NCBI GenBank assembly: GCA_002790365.1
Contig: PFVA01000051.1
Location: 1 to 52,467 of the forward strand
Length of the DNA stretch: 52,467 nucleotides
Source of the DNA: Ignavibacteriales bacterium CG_4_9_14_3_um_filter_30_11
GTDB lineage: Bacteria > Bacteroidota > Ignavibacteria > Ignavibacteriales > Ignavibacteriaceae
Reading direction: 5' to 3'
Shown here: positions 9,609 through 22,607 of the stretch, piece by piece
Numbering within the stretch: the stretch's first letter is position 1
How the letters are laid out: every line of letters starts with the position of its first letter
Notes under the pieces: generated by a model
The model's input: only the letters and a program-made list of their open reading frames with translations
The model's database searches: none
What the model was told of the DNA's origin: nothing
Program-made: the position numbers and the translations under genes

Positions 9609-10838
9609 TTAAGTATAGTTTTTTCTTGTTCTAAAAACATTTGCAACAATACCAAGTAATGCCATATTAACAATTAAAGAACTTCCGCCATAACTAACCA
9701 ATGGTAGTGGAATACCAATAACAGGCATAATTCCTACAGCCATTCCAACATTAATAATAAAGTGAATAAAAAATAAAGATAGAATTCCAATTATGGTAAG
9801 GCTTAAAAATTCATCTTTAGTTGTATTTGCAATTTTTAATATTTTCAAAAATAAGATAAGAAAAAGCACAAGGGTAATTGTTGAACCAATAAATCCATAT
9901 TCTTCACCAATTACGCTATAAATAAAATCAGTCCATTGCTCAGGTATAAAATTAAGCTGTGTTTGATAGCCTTCTAAAAATCCTTTACCAAATAATCCAC
10001 CAGATCCAATTGCTACTTTAGCTTGTATTGAATTATACCCGGAGCCTAAAGGATCTGACATAGGGTCTAAGAATGATTTTATTCTAATTTGTTGATGTGG
10101 ACTTAATGCGTGATAAACAAAATCAGTAAAAAAACCGGCGGCTAAATTTATAGCAAACAGTGAACCGCTAAAAATTAGCCCTTTCTTAAAAAATATTAAT
10201 ATTAATGCAACAACAGCAAGAGTTGTAATAAATGGTAATGTACCAAACAAAGATGAAACAGCAACGATTCCAGGTGATAGGACTACAAATAGACCGAATA
10301 AACTAATTCCTTTCCAGAAAATTATAGTTAAAAATATTGTTGCAAAAACTAATACTGTTCCCATATCAGGTTCCAGTAATATCAGTAAAATTGGAGCTAC
10401 ACCTATAGCAAGTGCTATCAAAATATCTTTAAATGTTTCTATATCTACATCTTTTTTACAAAGGAAAGATGATAGTGCAAGTATTGTAGAAATTTTAGCT
10501 ATTTCGGAAGGTTGAAATCCTAGTGAACCAAAAAATAACCAGCTTTTAGCTCCGGATATTTTTCTCCCCATTATAAGAACAACAAGTAATAATAAAATAG
10601 AAAAGAGATAAGCAGGCCAAGCTATATTTTTAAATGTATTTGTAGGAATTGAAAAAACAATAAAGAAAACAATTATCCCGATTCCCACCCAGAATAATTG
10701 CTTTGTAAAATTATTTTCAACTAATGCATTGTTTAAAGTAGCACTGTATATAGCTAATAAGCCAATACAAAGTAACAATATTATTGTCGCAAAAAACCAA
10801 ATATCAAACTTATCATTGAAATTATAATTTATATTCAA
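9609..10838 (-). CDS. rodA: Rod shape-determining protein RodA (SEDS family glycosyltransferase)
   Basis: FtsW/RodA/SpoVE motifs (PSEIAKI, PEQWTDFIYSVIGEEYGFIG), about 10 TM segments, directly downstream of mrdA. Confidence 0.9.
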   Translation of the reverse strand: MNINYNFNDKFDIWFFATIILLLCIGLLAIYSATLNNALVENNFTKQLFWVGIGIIVFFIVFSIPTNTFKNIAWPAYLFSILLLLVVLIMGRKISGAKSWLFFGSLGFQPSEIAKISTILALSSFLCKKDVDIETFKDILIALAIGVAPILLILLEPDMGTVLVFATIFLTIIFWKGISLFGLFVVLSPGIVAVSSLFGTLPFITTLAVVALILIFFKKGLIFSGSLFAINLAAGFFTDFVYHALSPHQQIRIKSFLDPMSDPLGSGYNSIQAKVAIGSGGLFGKGFLEGYQTQLNFIPEQWTDFIYSVIGEEYGFIGSTITLVLFLILFLKILKIANTTKDEFLSLTIIGILSLFFIHFIINVGMAVGIMPVIGIPLPLVSYGGSSLIVNMALLGIVANVFRTRKNYT

Positions 10839-10854
10839 GTAATTCTCATCATAA

Positions 10855-12639
10855 CTATTTTACGGCAACGGTCTTGTTTAAATCTTTATTAATTTTATTT
10901 CGTAAATATGTTTCTACTAATAATTTTCCTATTGGTGCTGCGTGGGAAGCACCAAAGCCTGCATTTTCTACAATTATAGAGAAAGCTATTTGTGGATCAT
11001 CAAAAGGAGCAAAGCCAATAAATAAAGCATGATCAGCTCCGTGTGGGTTTTCAGCAGTACCGGTTTTACCTGCCATTATTATATCAGGTAATCTACTTGC
11101 ATATGCTGTACCTCTTCCATTTACAACTAAGAACATGCCATTTTTTACAATATCCAAAACTTCTTTATTTATATCAATGTGAATTGGATTGGTTTTATTT
11201 TCAACTAATTTATTAGTCTTTGTGTCTATATAACCTTTAAGTATGTGTGGTTGAAAAGTATTTCCGTTATTAGCAATAATTGAAGTAAACTGCGCAAGCT
11301 GTATAGGATCAACACTAACCTCACCTTGTCCAATTGCTAAACTTGCCATAATACTTTTTGGCCAATTTCCCCCATATTCTTTTATATAATATTTTTCATC
11401 CGGAATAAAACCACTTACTTCGTTTGCCAAATCAACACCGGTTTTTTTACCAAAGCCAAATTTTTCAGCATACTCATTCCACTTTTTAATTCCAATTTTA
11501 TAAATAAGATGATAAAAATAAACATTGCAAGAACGCTCGATTGCAGAAGTAATATTTACTATACCGTGAACAGCATCACATTTAAAATATCTTCCATAAA
11601 ATTCTGCGCCACCTATGCAATTGTAAGTTTTGTTCTTATCGATAACTCCTAATTCCAAGCCAGCAATTGCTTCTAAAATTTTGAATGTAGAGCCTGGAGG
11701 TTTAACCGACATTATTGCTCTATTAAAAAAAGGTTTTGAAGGATTATTAATAAGTTTTTGTAAATATTCATCTGTTGTAACCGAAGCAAATTTACTTAAA
11801 TCAAAATCCGGTGCGCTTGCCATTGCCAATATTTCACCAGTCTTAGGTTCAATAGCAACTATTGCCCCTTTTTTACCTTTTAGCGATTCCTCAGCTACTT
11901 TCTGTAATTCTTTATCTATTGTGAGGACTAAATCTGCACCTTTGATTGTTGGGATGGAATTATCATCTTTTAATTTCTTAATTAATTTTTGACGAGAATC
12001 AATTAGAATAAAGTCATAACCTTTTTCGCCCCTAAGTAAAGTTTCATATTCTTTTTCTAAACCTGTACTTCCTATATAATCGCCTTGTTTATAAATATCT
12101 TTTAATTTATTTAATTGATTTTGAGATATCTCATTTAAATAACCAAACATTTGTGAGCCCATAACATCACTTGGGTATCCTCTCTGCATTTCAATTTTAT
12201 AACTGATCCCCTGCAGATGTTCATAATTTTCTTCAATCCAGGCAATCACATTAAATGGCGTATCTTTCTTTAACCTAAGCTGAATGAATTTGGAATATTT
12301 TTCGTTCTCTTTTAAAAATTTATTTATGTGCCCATCTTCAAGATTAAGAACTGATTCTAATAATTTATTTTGCTTTAAATTATATTCTGCTTTAGTAAGA
12401 AATATTGAATAGGATGGAATATTGTTAACCAGTACATCTTTGTTTCTGTCTAAAAATAATCCTCTTATAGGGATCTTATCAATTTTTTTTACACTATTAT
12501 TTTGTGATTTTTGATCATAAAATCCTTTCTGCAAAATTTGCATTTGAAAAAGTCTGACTATCAAAAAAGAAAACCCAATTATAATAATTCCGAATATTAT
12601 CTTTTTTCTACTTTGAGATGCAAAACTATCAGTTTTCAA
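10855..12639 (-). CDS. mrdA: Penicillin-binding protein 2 (transpeptidase)
   Basis: SxxK (GSTFK), SxN (RSCN) and KTG (GKTGTAE) motifs, in mreBCD-mrdA-rodA context. Confidence 0.9.
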   Translation of the reverse strand: MKTDSFASQSRKKIIFGIIIIGFSFLIVRLFQMQILQKGFYDQKSQNNSVKKIDKIPIRGLFLDRNKDVLVNNIPSYSIFLTKAEYNLKQNKLLESVLNLEDGHINKFLKENEKYSKFIQLRLKKDTPFNVIAWIEENYEHLQGISYKIEMQRGYPSDVMGSQMFGYLNEISQNQLNKLKDIYKQGDYIGSTGLEKEYETLLRGEKGYDFILIDSRQKLIKKLKDDNSIPTIKGADLVLTIDKELQKVAEESLKGKKGAIVAIEPKTGEILAMASAPDFDLSKFASVTTDEYLQKLINNPSKPFFNRAIMSVKPPGSTFKILEAIAGLELGVIDKNKTYNCIGGAEFYGRYFKCDAVHGIVNITSAIERSCNVYFYHLIYKIGIKKWNEYAEKFGFGKKTGVDLANEVSGFIPDEKYYIKEYGGNWPKSIMASLAIGQGEVSVDPIQLAQFTSIIANNGNTFQPHILKGYIDTKTNKLVENKTNPIHIDINKEVLDIVKNGMFLVVNGRGTAYASRLPDIIMAGKTGTAENPHGADHALFIGFAPFDDPQIAFSIIVENAGFGASHAAPIGKLLVETYLRNKINKDLNKTVAVK

Positions 12640-13123
12640 TTAATTTTCTCCGAGGATAAAAATAAATAAAAATTAAAGCAATAATTGATGTGTAAAAACC
12701 AGGCAATAGACCTTCATCAAAAATAGATGTGAATAAATTTCTACTAAAATCAATAGTTGTAAAGAAAGAAAACATTATTGAAGAAATTATTGAACATAAT
12801 AGAACTATAAAACTAAAATTTAATGGTTTATAATATATATGTCTTTTATTTTCATTAGAAAAATAACCTGCAATAAATCCAGAGACAGTGAATGAAAGCA
12901 TAGCGCTTCCGAGTAAACCCCCGGAAAATAGATCTAATAATAATCCATAAGAAAATCCTAAAATTGTACCAAATAATTGATTATTTGAAATAGTAAAAAA
13001 AACAAGGGGGATTAATATTAAATTTGGTCCTATTGCATTCCAGCTAATAAATCTAACTAATGTAATTTGTACAAGTACTAAAGGGATAAATACGAGTATT
13101 GAATTAAAATATTTAGTTTTCAT
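12629..13123 (-). CDS. mreD: Rod shape-determining protein MreD
   Basis: 164-aa polytopic membrane protein between mreC and mrdA, overlapping both neighbours. Confidence 0.75.
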   Translation of the reverse strand: MKTKYFNSILVFIPLVLVQITLVRFISWNAIGPNLILIPLVFFTISNNQLFGTILGFSYGLLLDLFSGGLLGSAMLSFTVSGFIAGYFSNENKRHIYYKPLNFSFIVLLCSIISSIMFSFFTTIDFSRNLFTSIFDEGLLPGFYTSIIALIFIYFYPRRKLIEN

Positions 13124-13959
13124 TATAGACCTTTTTTATAAAAATTTAATTCCAAGTTGTTTATCTGAGTGCTTTGAATCATTTTTATAATAAATACATT
13201 TTCTATTAATGTTAAGTCAGCAAAAGGTTGCAAAATAACTTTATTAAAAATATCTGTCGAGGAATAATCTATAGATTTAATATAACCAATTGGAAAAGTT
13301 ACTGGAACTATTGTGCTTAACTCAGATATAACAATTCTGTCACCAATTTTGATATCTGAAGTATAAGGTATATTTGTGAGTATTAAATTATCACCATCCC
13401 ATTTTAAAATAGAATTTACTCTGCTTCTTTCATCTTTTACAGTAAGGTGTAAATCAACATTTCTTAATGTCCTAATTATTGAAAAATTTTCTGAAACATT
13501 TTGAACAATACCTATAAATCCAAGATCATTTATAACAGGCATACCTGGAATTACTCCATCATTTTGTCCTGAATTCAAAGTAAAAGTATTTGTTGTAGTA
13601 TTGAATGACTTAGAAACAACTGAAGCAGGTATTAAAGGTAATGAAGTAGTATCTTTTAAAGCAAGCAGCCTTTTTAATTCTTGATTTTCAATTCCATATT
13701 GTCTTAGTAAATTAATTTGTATCATCAATTCAGCATTCATTTTTCTCAGCTGAACATTTTCATTTTTAATTAATGCGGATGTAGTGATGTTAGAAATAAT
13801 ATTAGAAAAGAATGCAAAACTACTAAAAGCTATTGTTTTTACATTTTTAACAGAGTTATTATTATTATTTGAAAGAGTGAAAAGACTTACTATGACGAGA
13901 ACAACTAATACAATATATTCTTTAAATTTATACCAAAAATTTGAAAATTGTTTTAACAT
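13123..13959 (-). CDS. mreC: Rod shape-determining protein MreC
   Basis: N-terminal TM segment, coiled-coil segment and C-terminal beta domain, directly downstream of mreB. Confidence 0.8.
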   Translation of the reverse strand: MLKQFSNFWYKFKEYIVLVVLVIVSLFTLSNNNNNSVKNVKTIAFSSFAFFSNIISNITTSALIKNENVQLRKMNAELMIQINLLRQYGIENQELKRLLALKDTTSLPLIPASVVSKSFNTTTNTFTLNSGQNDGVIPGMPVINDLGFIGIVQNVSENFSIIRTLRNVDLHLTVKDERSRVNSILKWDGDNLILTNIPYTSDIKIGDRIVISELSTIVPVTFPIGYIKSIDYSSTDIFNKVILQPFADLTLIENVFIIKMIQSTQINNLELNFYKKGL

Positions 13960-13962
13960 TTA

Positions 13963-14988
13963 TCAATAAGTTCTTTTTCGAATTAAAACCTTTGAATATT
14001 TATTTAAATCATCAATAACTTTACCTGCACCTCTTACAACAGCTGTTAATGGATCATCAGCAACATGCACAGGAAGATTTGTTTCCATTCTAATTCTTTC
14101 ATCCAATCCTTTTAGTAGCGCTCCACCGCCAGTTATCATTACTCCCCTGTCTAAAATATCAGCAGAAAGTTCTGGTGGTGTGCGTTCCAATGATTGCTTA
14201 ACTGCATCAACTATCTGAACAATTGATTCATTTAAAGCATCTCTTATTTCTACAGAACTTACTTCTGTAGTTTTTGGAATTCCACCGACTAAATCTCTAC
14301 CCTTTACTTGAATTGTAATTTCTTCTTTTAAAGGAACTGCTGAACCTACTTCACATTTAATTGCCTCTGCAGTTCTTTCACCAATAAGAATATTATGATT
14401 TTTTTTGAAGTATTGCATTATAGCATAATTCATTTCATCACCGGCAATTCTTATTGACTCTTCATTTACTATTCCTGATAATGCAATCACTGCAATCTCA
14501 GTAGTACCACCACCAATATCTATTATCATACTTCCAGCCGGAGCATCAACATCAATTCCAATTCCTATAGCGGCTGACATTGGTTCTGCTATTAAATGAA
14601 CTTCTTTAGCACCTGCGTGTTCTGCACTATCTCTTACAGCTCTTTTTTCTACTTCTGTAACTCCGCTAGGTACAGCAACTACAACTCTTCTACTAGATAA
14701 TGTACCAACTTTTACTTTTTTAATAAATGCTCTAATCATACCTTCGGCAATTTCAAAATCTGCAATAACACCATCACGCATTGGTCTGGTTACACTTATT
14801 TCTCTGTGTTCCCTGCCTTGCATTTCTTTTGCTTTATTACCAAGTGCAATAATTTTTTTAGTTGTTTTATCAAAAGCAACTATTGATGGTTCATTAAGCA
14901 CAATACCTTTTCCCTTAACATAAATTAATGTATTGGCTGTGCCTAAGTCTATTGCAATATCAGTAGAAAAAAGATCAAAAATTCCCAT
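13963..14988 (-). CDS. mreB: Rod shape-determining actin homologue MreB
   Basis: DLGTANTLIYV, DIGGGTTE and GGGALL motifs. 341 aa. Confidence 0.95.
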   Translation of the reverse strand: MGIFDLFSTDIAIDLGTANTLIYVKGKGIVLNEPSIVAFDKTTKKIIALGNKAKEMQGREHREISVTRPMRDGVIADFEIAEGMIRAFIKKVKVGTLSSRRVVVAVPSGVTEVEKRAVRDSAEHAGAKEVHLIAEPMSAAIGIGIDVDAPAGSMIIDIGGGTTEIAVIALSGIVNEESIRIAGDEMNYAIMQYFKKNHNILIGERTAEAIKCEVGSAVPLKEEITIQVKGRDLVGGIPKTTEVSSVEIRDALNESIVQIVDAVKQSLERTPPELSADILDRGVMITGGGALLKGLDERIRMETNLPVHVADDPLTAVVRGAGKVIDDLNKYSKVLIRKRTY

Positions 14989-14996
14989 AATTCCTC

Positions 14997-16514
14997 TTAA
15001 TGCTTAAAGTGTCTAATACCTGTAAAAACCATTGAAATATTATTCTCATCTGCAACTGCAATTACTTCTTGATCCCTAACAGATCCTCCTGGTTGAATTA
15101 CAGAAGTAGCACCGCAATTTATAATTTCTAATAATCCATCTGCAAAAGGGAAAAATGCATCCGAAGCAGCAACAGAATTTTTTAGATTTAGACCATGTTC
15201 ATTTGCTTTCATCTTAGCAATTTTAGATGAATCCAATCTAGACATTTGTCCCGCTCCAACACCTAGAGCAGCTTTATCTTTTGCAAAAACAATTGCATTT
15301 GATTTTGTATGTTTTGCAACTTTCCAGGCAAACATCAAATCTTCCATTTCCTTTTTTGTTGGTTGTTTTTTTGTAACAACTTTTAAATTCTTTTCATCAA
15401 TTAAAATATCATCACTACTTTGTACAATAACTCCACCAGGTATATTTCTAAAGTTTTGTGTCTGGAACTTTATAGATTTTAGTTGTTTAACCAATCTTCT
15501 ATTTTTTTTCTTTGTTAATATACTTAAAGCATCTTTAGAATATGAAGGTGCGCAGATAATTTCTAAAAATATATCATTTAATTTTTCAGCAGTTTCTCTA
15601 TCAACTCCCTTTGTAAAAACAACTATTCCACCAAAAGCTGAAACAGGATCACATTTTAAAGCATTCTCAAATGCCTTGTAAACTGTTTCTCCTTGAGCTG
15701 CACCTGCAGGATTACAATGCTTAATAATTGTACATGCATTTCCACCAATTTCTTCGGCTAATTCTGCCGCAGAAATTAAATCAATAATATTATTATATGA
15801 TATCTCTTTACCATAAAACACATCAAAATAATTATTAAAAGTACCATAAATTGTTCCCGATTGGTGAGGATTTTCTCCATACCTCAATTTCTTTTCTTTT
15901 TTAATATTTATTCTAAATATCTCTTTTGGTAAATCAAATATATTTTCCAAATGATTAGAAATAACTGTATCATATTTTGCTGTGTGAGAAAAAGCTTCTG
16001 CAGCCAATTCTTTTCTTTTGTCAATTGAGATTTCACCTTTCTTTAAATTTTTAATAAACTCTTTATACTGGGTTGGATTAGTAAGAACAGATACATAATT
16101 ATAATTCTTAGCAGCCGCTCTAATTAAACTTGGTCCTCCAATATCAATATTCTCGATTGTTTCTTCCAATGATACTTTTTCTTTTGCAATAGTTTGTTCA
16201 AAGGGATATAGGTTCACACAAACAATATCAATTGGAGAAATTTCATTTTCTTCTAATTCTTTTTGATCTTGTTTGTTTTCTCTTCTAAATAAAATTCCAC
16301 CAAATATTTTTGGATGAAGTGTTTTTACTCTTCCGTCAAAAACTTCTGGAAATCCTGTTATATCACTGATCTGAATAACTTTTATTCCGTTTTCTCTTAA
16401 TATTTTTGAGGTGTTGCCAGTAGCAATAATATCATACCCTAATTCAGAAAGTGTTCTCCCCAAAAAAGTAACATCTGTTTTATCGGAAACACTTATTAAT
16501 GCAATTTTTTTCAA
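14997..16514 (-). CDS. purH: Bifunctional AICAR transformylase / IMP cyclohydrolase
   Basis: MGS-like N-domain, AICARFT domain and C-terminal TGIRHFKH. 505 aa. Confidence 0.95.
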   Translation of the reverse strand: MKKIALISVSDKTDVTFLGRTLSELGYDIIATGNTSKILRENGIKVIQISDITGFPEVFDGRVKTLHPKIFGGILFRRENKQDQKELEENEISPIDIVCVNLYPFEQTIAKEKVSLEETIENIDIGGPSLIRAAAKNYNYVSVLTNPTQYKEFIKNLKKGEISIDKRKELAAEAFSHTAKYDTVISNHLENIFDLPKEIFRINIKKEKKLRYGENPHQSGTIYGTFNNYFDVFYGKEISYNNIIDLISAAELAEEIGGNACTIIKHCNPAGAAQGETVYKAFENALKCDPVSAFGGIVVFTKGVDRETAEKLNDIFLEIICAPSYSKDALSILTKKKNRRLVKQLKSIKFQTQNFRNIPGGVIVQSSDDILIDEKNLKVVTKKQPTKKEMEDLMFAWKVAKHTKSNAIVFAKDKAALGVGAGQMSRLDSSKIAKMKANEHGLNLKNSVAASDAFFPFADGLLEIINCGATSVIQPGGSVRDQEVIAVADENNISMVFTGIRHFKH

Positions 16515-16561
16515 TTCAATTTTCCAATCATAAATATGACCTAATCAACTTTTACTAATTA

Positions 16562-17161
16562 CTAATTACCAATTACAATTTTACCATCAACTATATCATT
16601 AATTACTTTGGGTAATAATTGATGTTCAATAGTTAAAACTTTTGCAGCAATTTCTTCCGGTGTTTTACATTCTGAAATATCAACTTTCTCTTGCGCAATT
16701 ATATTGCCTGTATCATAAGTTTCATCAACAAAATGAATTGTTGCACCAGAGATTTTATCACCTGATTGAAAAACAGCTTTGTGAACATTTATTCCGTACA
16801 TCCCTTCACCACCAAAAGCAGGCAGTAAAGCAGGGTGAATATTAATTATTCTTTGTTTAAAATTACTTACAAATGAAGAAGATAATAATTTTAAGAATCC
16901 TGCAAGTACTATAAGTTCAACTTTTTCATTTTTTAATAGCTCAATTAAATACTCAAAACCTTGTTCGCTATTTTTTTTATCTATACAATAAAAAGGGATG
17001 TTATTTTGTTTAGCAATATCAAGAGCTTTGCATAAAGAGTTATCAGTAACAATTAACTTAATTTCGACTTTATTATTTAAATTAAAATAATCTAATATTG
17101 ATTTCAGGTTAGAACCACGACCTGAAACAAACACTGTAAGTCTCAAAATAAGATTTCCCAA
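16562..17161 (-). CDS. purN: Phosphoribosylglycinamide formyltransferase
   Basis: VSGRGSNL, INIHPALLP and GATIHFVDETYDTGNII motifs. The ORF starts at a TTG, so the exact start is uncertain. Confidence 0.88.
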   Translation of the reverse strand: MGNLILRLTVFVSGRGSNLKSILDYFNLNNKVEIKLIVTDNSLCKALDIAKQNNIPFYCIDKKNSEQGFEYLIELLKNEKVELIVLAGFLKLLSSSFVSNFKQRIINIHPALLPAFGGEGMYGINVHKAVFQSGDKISGATIHFVDETYDTGNIIAQEKVDISECKTPEEIAAKVLTIEHQLLPKVINDIVDGKIVIGN

Positions 17162-17239
17162 AAGTTGTTAAAATTACCTAAATAGTAATAAATATTCAAT
17201 TAAGCCAGAAGCATTTTAGAGCTATGAAGAATAAAAAAA

Positions 17240-18892
<1,653 letters not shown>

Positions 18893-19164
18893 TTAATAAT
18901 CTCAATGGGTAATAAATTTATTTTTTAATAATTCTATAATGTGGAACAAAGACTAATGTTGAGTAAGTAAACATTCAAATTAAAATAATAATTGTCTTCC
19001 ATTTATCATTTATTTTATAAATTAGTTTACAACTTTATTAATATTAAATTTGTAATTATTGTAGATTCAATTTTTAAAGAATTTCAATTTAATTTTAAAT
19101 GATATTGTTACTACTTGTGTCAAAGCTATAAAATGAACTAAACATTAAACTTTCGGAATATTTA

Positions 19165-20721
19165 TTGAAGAATAACAAAAAAATCATAATATTATCTGTA
19201 ATAATAATCTCAATATTTTATAATCCTTTTATTTTTAGTCAAGATTCAACTGCCAGTCTTGCTTATAAAAAGAAAAATCAGTTTTTCAGATATTCAATGT
19301 TTTACAGATCTGATCTATCCTATCAGTTGTGGCATCAATTTAATTTGGTACAAAAAGCTAAAGATGGGGATCCTATTGCTGAACATGAATTGGGATTAAG
19401 ATATTTAATGGGAGAAGGGTTTACTTCAGACACAACTTTAGGAGCTAAATGGATTGGAAATGCAGCTAAGAAAAATTTAACATCTGCGGAATACAATTAT
19501 GCAATATTATTAAATAATGGATGGGGCGTTGATTGGGATCCATTCAAAGCTTATGATTTTTTTCAAAGAGCAGCTTTGGATGGAATGCCTCAGGCGGAAT
19601 ATATTTTGGGACTTACACATTTAAATAACCTTGTTTTAAAAAGAGACTATTTAACAGCATACCAATGGTTCAAAAAATCTTCTGAATCAGGCTTTGAACC
19701 AGCATTAGAATATATTAAAATATTAGAAAAAAAAATATCATCCGAATTGCTAAATCCAATTAAACAAGAGAATAAAACAATAAATAAAAAAAGAAAAATA
19801 TTCAAAAGTGATATTACAGCAACAACTACTCCCATTGGATTGGAAATAATAGATTTTGATCTTATACAAGACTCTGCCAGAGTAATTACTGATAAAGATA
19901 TTTTAAATCCTTTTTTATCCGAAACAAATTCCAATCTTGCTGATTCATTAGGTATTACTGAAGAAAATGATTCTACAATAAATTTTAAAAAGGAAGGGCT
20001 ACCATATTTACTTCATACAGCAGATGCAGGCAATCCTGAATCGCTTACTTTATTAGGTAGGTTATATGAAATTGGGAAATATTTTCAGAAAAATAAATTA
20101 AACTCTACTGTTTATTATATAAGAGCTGCCAGACTAAATTCAAGCGTTGCTGCCAATCTTCTTTATCAAATATTTAAAGACAAAAAATATTTTAATGTAA
20201 TTAAATCTTTTGCAAAAAAAGGAAATGAAAAAGCCAAATATATTTGGTATGGATTGTATGCTCTCGGATTTATCAGAGACATTGCTGAGAAAGATGCTTT
20301 TAATTTAATTCTTCAATCTGCAAACTCAGGTTTTATTCCGGCAAAAGTTGAACTTGGTCTTTCTTATTATACAGGTTACTTAATTAAAAAAGATGAGGAA
20401 AAAGCTATAGAGATTTGGGAATCTGTCGGAAAATTGGGTAGTGAAGAAGCACTTACAAGAATTGCTGCAACTAATATTCTGGAACAAAAATATCAAAGTT
20501 TAATATCTGATATAAACAAATTACTTAAAGCCTCTAAAATGGGTTCTATTTTGGCTGAAGTTACTCTTGCTAATTTATATGAAAATGGAATTGGTGTAGA
20601 AAAAGATAAATCTAAAGCTGTGATGTACTACAGAGCCGCTGCACAAAGAGGCGACAGATATGCTTTTAACCAATTAAAAAGGATGTATGATGAGATAAGA
20701 CCTTTGAATTTTAGATTTTAG
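19165..20721 (+). CDS. Sel1/TPR-like repeat protein, secreted
   Basis: N-terminal signal-like segment and multiple Sel1-type repeats (e.g. AEYNYAILLNNGWGVDWDPFKAYDFFQRAA, KAVMYYRAAAQRGD). TTG start. Confidence 0.75.
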   Translation: MKNNKKIIILSVIIISIFYNPFIFSQDSTASLAYKKKNQFFRYSMFYRSDLSYQLWHQFNLVQKAKDGDPIAEHELGLRYLMGEGFTSDTTLGAKWIGNAAKKNLTSAEYNYAILLNNGWGVDWDPFKAYDFFQRAALDGMPQAEYILGLTHLNNLVLKRDYLTAYQWFKKSSESGFEPALEYIKILEKKISSELLNPIKQENKTINKKRKIFKSDITATTTPIGLEIIDFDLIQDSARVITDKDILNPFLSETNSNLADSLGITEENDSTINFKKEGLPYLLHTADAGNPESLTLLGRLYEIGKYFQKNKLNSTVYYIRAARLNSSVAANLLYQIFKDKKYFNVIKSFAKKGNEKAKYIWYGLYALGFIRDIAEKDAFNLILQSANSGFIPAKVELGLSYYTGYLIKKDEEKAIEIWESVGKLGSEEALTRIAATNILEQKYQSLISDINKLLKASKMGSILAEVTLANLYENGIGVEKDKSKAVMYYRAAAQRGDRYAFNQLKRMYDEIRPLNFRF

Positions 20722-20722
20722 C

Positions 20723-21346
20723 TTATGACCAATCTAAATTTATAATTTTTTTGTAATCTTCAGGTTTGTTCATATTAAAGAAAATATTTCCTTTATAAAT
20801 ATCTAAATCTTCAGCATCAATTATTTCTGCTCCAACTTTATCAAGTAAGTTTAATACATTACACTTTCTCTGTTCTTGTTTATCTCCTCTTACTTCTTTA
20901 GAATCTTCTAATATTATTTCTTCGGCACAGGGTAAAACATTTTTGGAATATCTGCCCGCTAACTGTTGTATAAAACCATCAGCTTTGCAAACAGTTATTA
21001 GTTTATCAGTTTTATAATCAACTATGTATTTAATCATTTTTTCTGTCATTAAAGGGATATCACAAGAAATAATAAAATTATTTTGTGTAATTGAATGAGT
21101 TAAACCCGAATGAATACCTGCCAAAGGACCTTTGTACTTATATATATCTTCATAAATGGGAATAGATAAAAATTTATACTCATCTGTTGTGTTAGTAATA
21201 AGCAGAACATTCTTAAATATATTTTTCATCAGATCCGTAATTTTTTCAATTACAGATTTATCACCCAATTTTAAGAAGGATTTATTCTCCCCCATCCTTT
21301 TACTTTTACCGCCGGCTAAAATTATTCCTGTTACATAGGAATACAT
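20723..21346 (-). CDS. mobA: Molybdenum cofactor guanylyltransferase
   Basis: GIILAGGKSKRMG nucleotide-binding motif. Overlaps the moeA 3' end by 16 nt. Confidence 0.8.
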   Translation of the reverse strand: MYSYVTGIILAGGKSKRMGENKSFLKLGDKSVIEKITDLMKNIFKNVLLITNTTDEYKFLSIPIYEDIYKYKGPLAGIHSGLTHSITQNNFIISCDIPLMTEKMIKYIVDYKTDKLITVCKADGFIQQLAGRYSKNVLPCAEEIILEDSKEVRGDKQEQRKCNVLNLLDKVGAEIIDAEDLDIYKGNIFFNMNKPEDYKKIINLDWS

Positions 21347-22536
21347 TTTACAATTTCTCCTTTTCTAGGATTTAGATATTCTTCTTCAATTATAATTAAA
21401 CAATTTGCTTTACTTAACTCCACCATATTTCCTGATGATTGGGTGAATTTTGAAGAGACAAAATATTTATCATTTTCTCTTTTTAGAATTCCATTCATAA
21501 AGTGTCTTTTTTTATCAGTCTTTTTAAGATCATTCATTAATTCAGCTTTAACCTGAGGTGGCATTTCCATTCCAAATAAATTCTGAATATTTTCTTTTAT
21601 ATATACTTTGAAATTGACCTGACTTGATACTGGATTACCGGGTAATCCGAAAATTAATTTAATCTTATTCCCTTTTTCAAAGATACCAAAATAACACGGT
21701 TTGCCCGGTTTAATGAAAGCTTTCCAGAATATTTTTTTTACTTCCAATTCTTCAAATACTTCTTTTAAAAAGTCATACTCACCAACAGAAACTCCTCCTG
21801 TTGTTAATAAAATATCGATATCAGTATTTAATATTTCTTCAACTTTTTCTTTTATGTTTTCTTTGTTGTCTTTAATAAATCCATAATTAACATAATCTTG
21901 ATTTATTTCCTGAAGTTCTCCAATTAAAGAGTAATTATTTGAAATTCTGATTTTGTCCTCCGTTGGTTTTTCATTAACCGGAATAAGCTCATCACCTGTA
22001 GCCAGAATACCAAATTTTAATTTTTTATAAACCAGAATTTCATTTTTACCACAAGAAGCAATTGAAGCAAGATGACTGGGTTTTAGAAATGTATTCTTTG
22101 GAACAGCAATTTCACCTAATGAAATATCAGCAGATCTATTTCTGATATTCATTTCATCAAAATATCTTGCTTCAGAATTAAGTTTGATAATATTATATTT
22201 TACTTCAACATCTTCTATCGGTATAACAGTTGTGCAATCGCTTGGAATTTTTGCGCCTGTCATAATTTTTACAGCTTGATTTTTTGAAAGATCATAATCC
22301 GCAAAATTACCCGCAGAAATTTCACCTATAATTTCCCATTCTGAAATAGATTTATCGAATTTGACTGCGTAACCATCAACTACAGAATTATCAAATGGCG
22401 GAAGGTTTATGTCTGAGATAATATCTTCTGCTAATGTTCTGTGAATAGAATTTCCTAGTGGTACAGTTTCTATTTCTAATTTTATTTTTTGGAATTGGTC
22501 TTTGATGAGTGCAAACGCTTCATTATAGCTTAACAT
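21331..22536 (-). CDS. moeA: Molybdopterin molybdenumtransferase
   Basis: MoeA N-domain, MoCF-biosynthesis domain (LLTTGGVSVGEYDF) and C-terminal beta domain. 401 aa. Confidence 0.88.
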   Translation of the reverse strand: MLSYNEAFALIKDQFQKIKLEIETVPLGNSIHRTLAEDIISDINLPPFDNSVVDGYAVKFDKSISEWEIIGEISAGNFADYDLSKNQAVKIMTGAKIPSDCTTVIPIEDVEVKYNIIKLNSEARYFDEMNIRNRSADISLGEIAVPKNTFLKPSHLASIASCGKNEILVYKKLKFGILATGDELIPVNEKPTEDKIRISNNYSLIGELQEINQDYVNYGFIKDNKENIKEKVEEILNTDIDILLTTGGVSVGEYDFLKEVFEELEVKKIFWKAFIKPGKPCYFGIFEKGNKIKLIFGLPGNPVSSQVNFKVYIKENIQNLFGMEMPPQVKAELMNDLKKTDKKRHFMNGILKRENDKYFVSSKFTQSSGNMVELSKANCLIIIEEEYLNPRKGEIVKCIPM

Positions 22537-22607
22537 AATTGTAATATCCTAATACAAAATTCATAATTAAAAATTCATATTTATCAGCCGTGGTAGAATT
22601 TTTAATT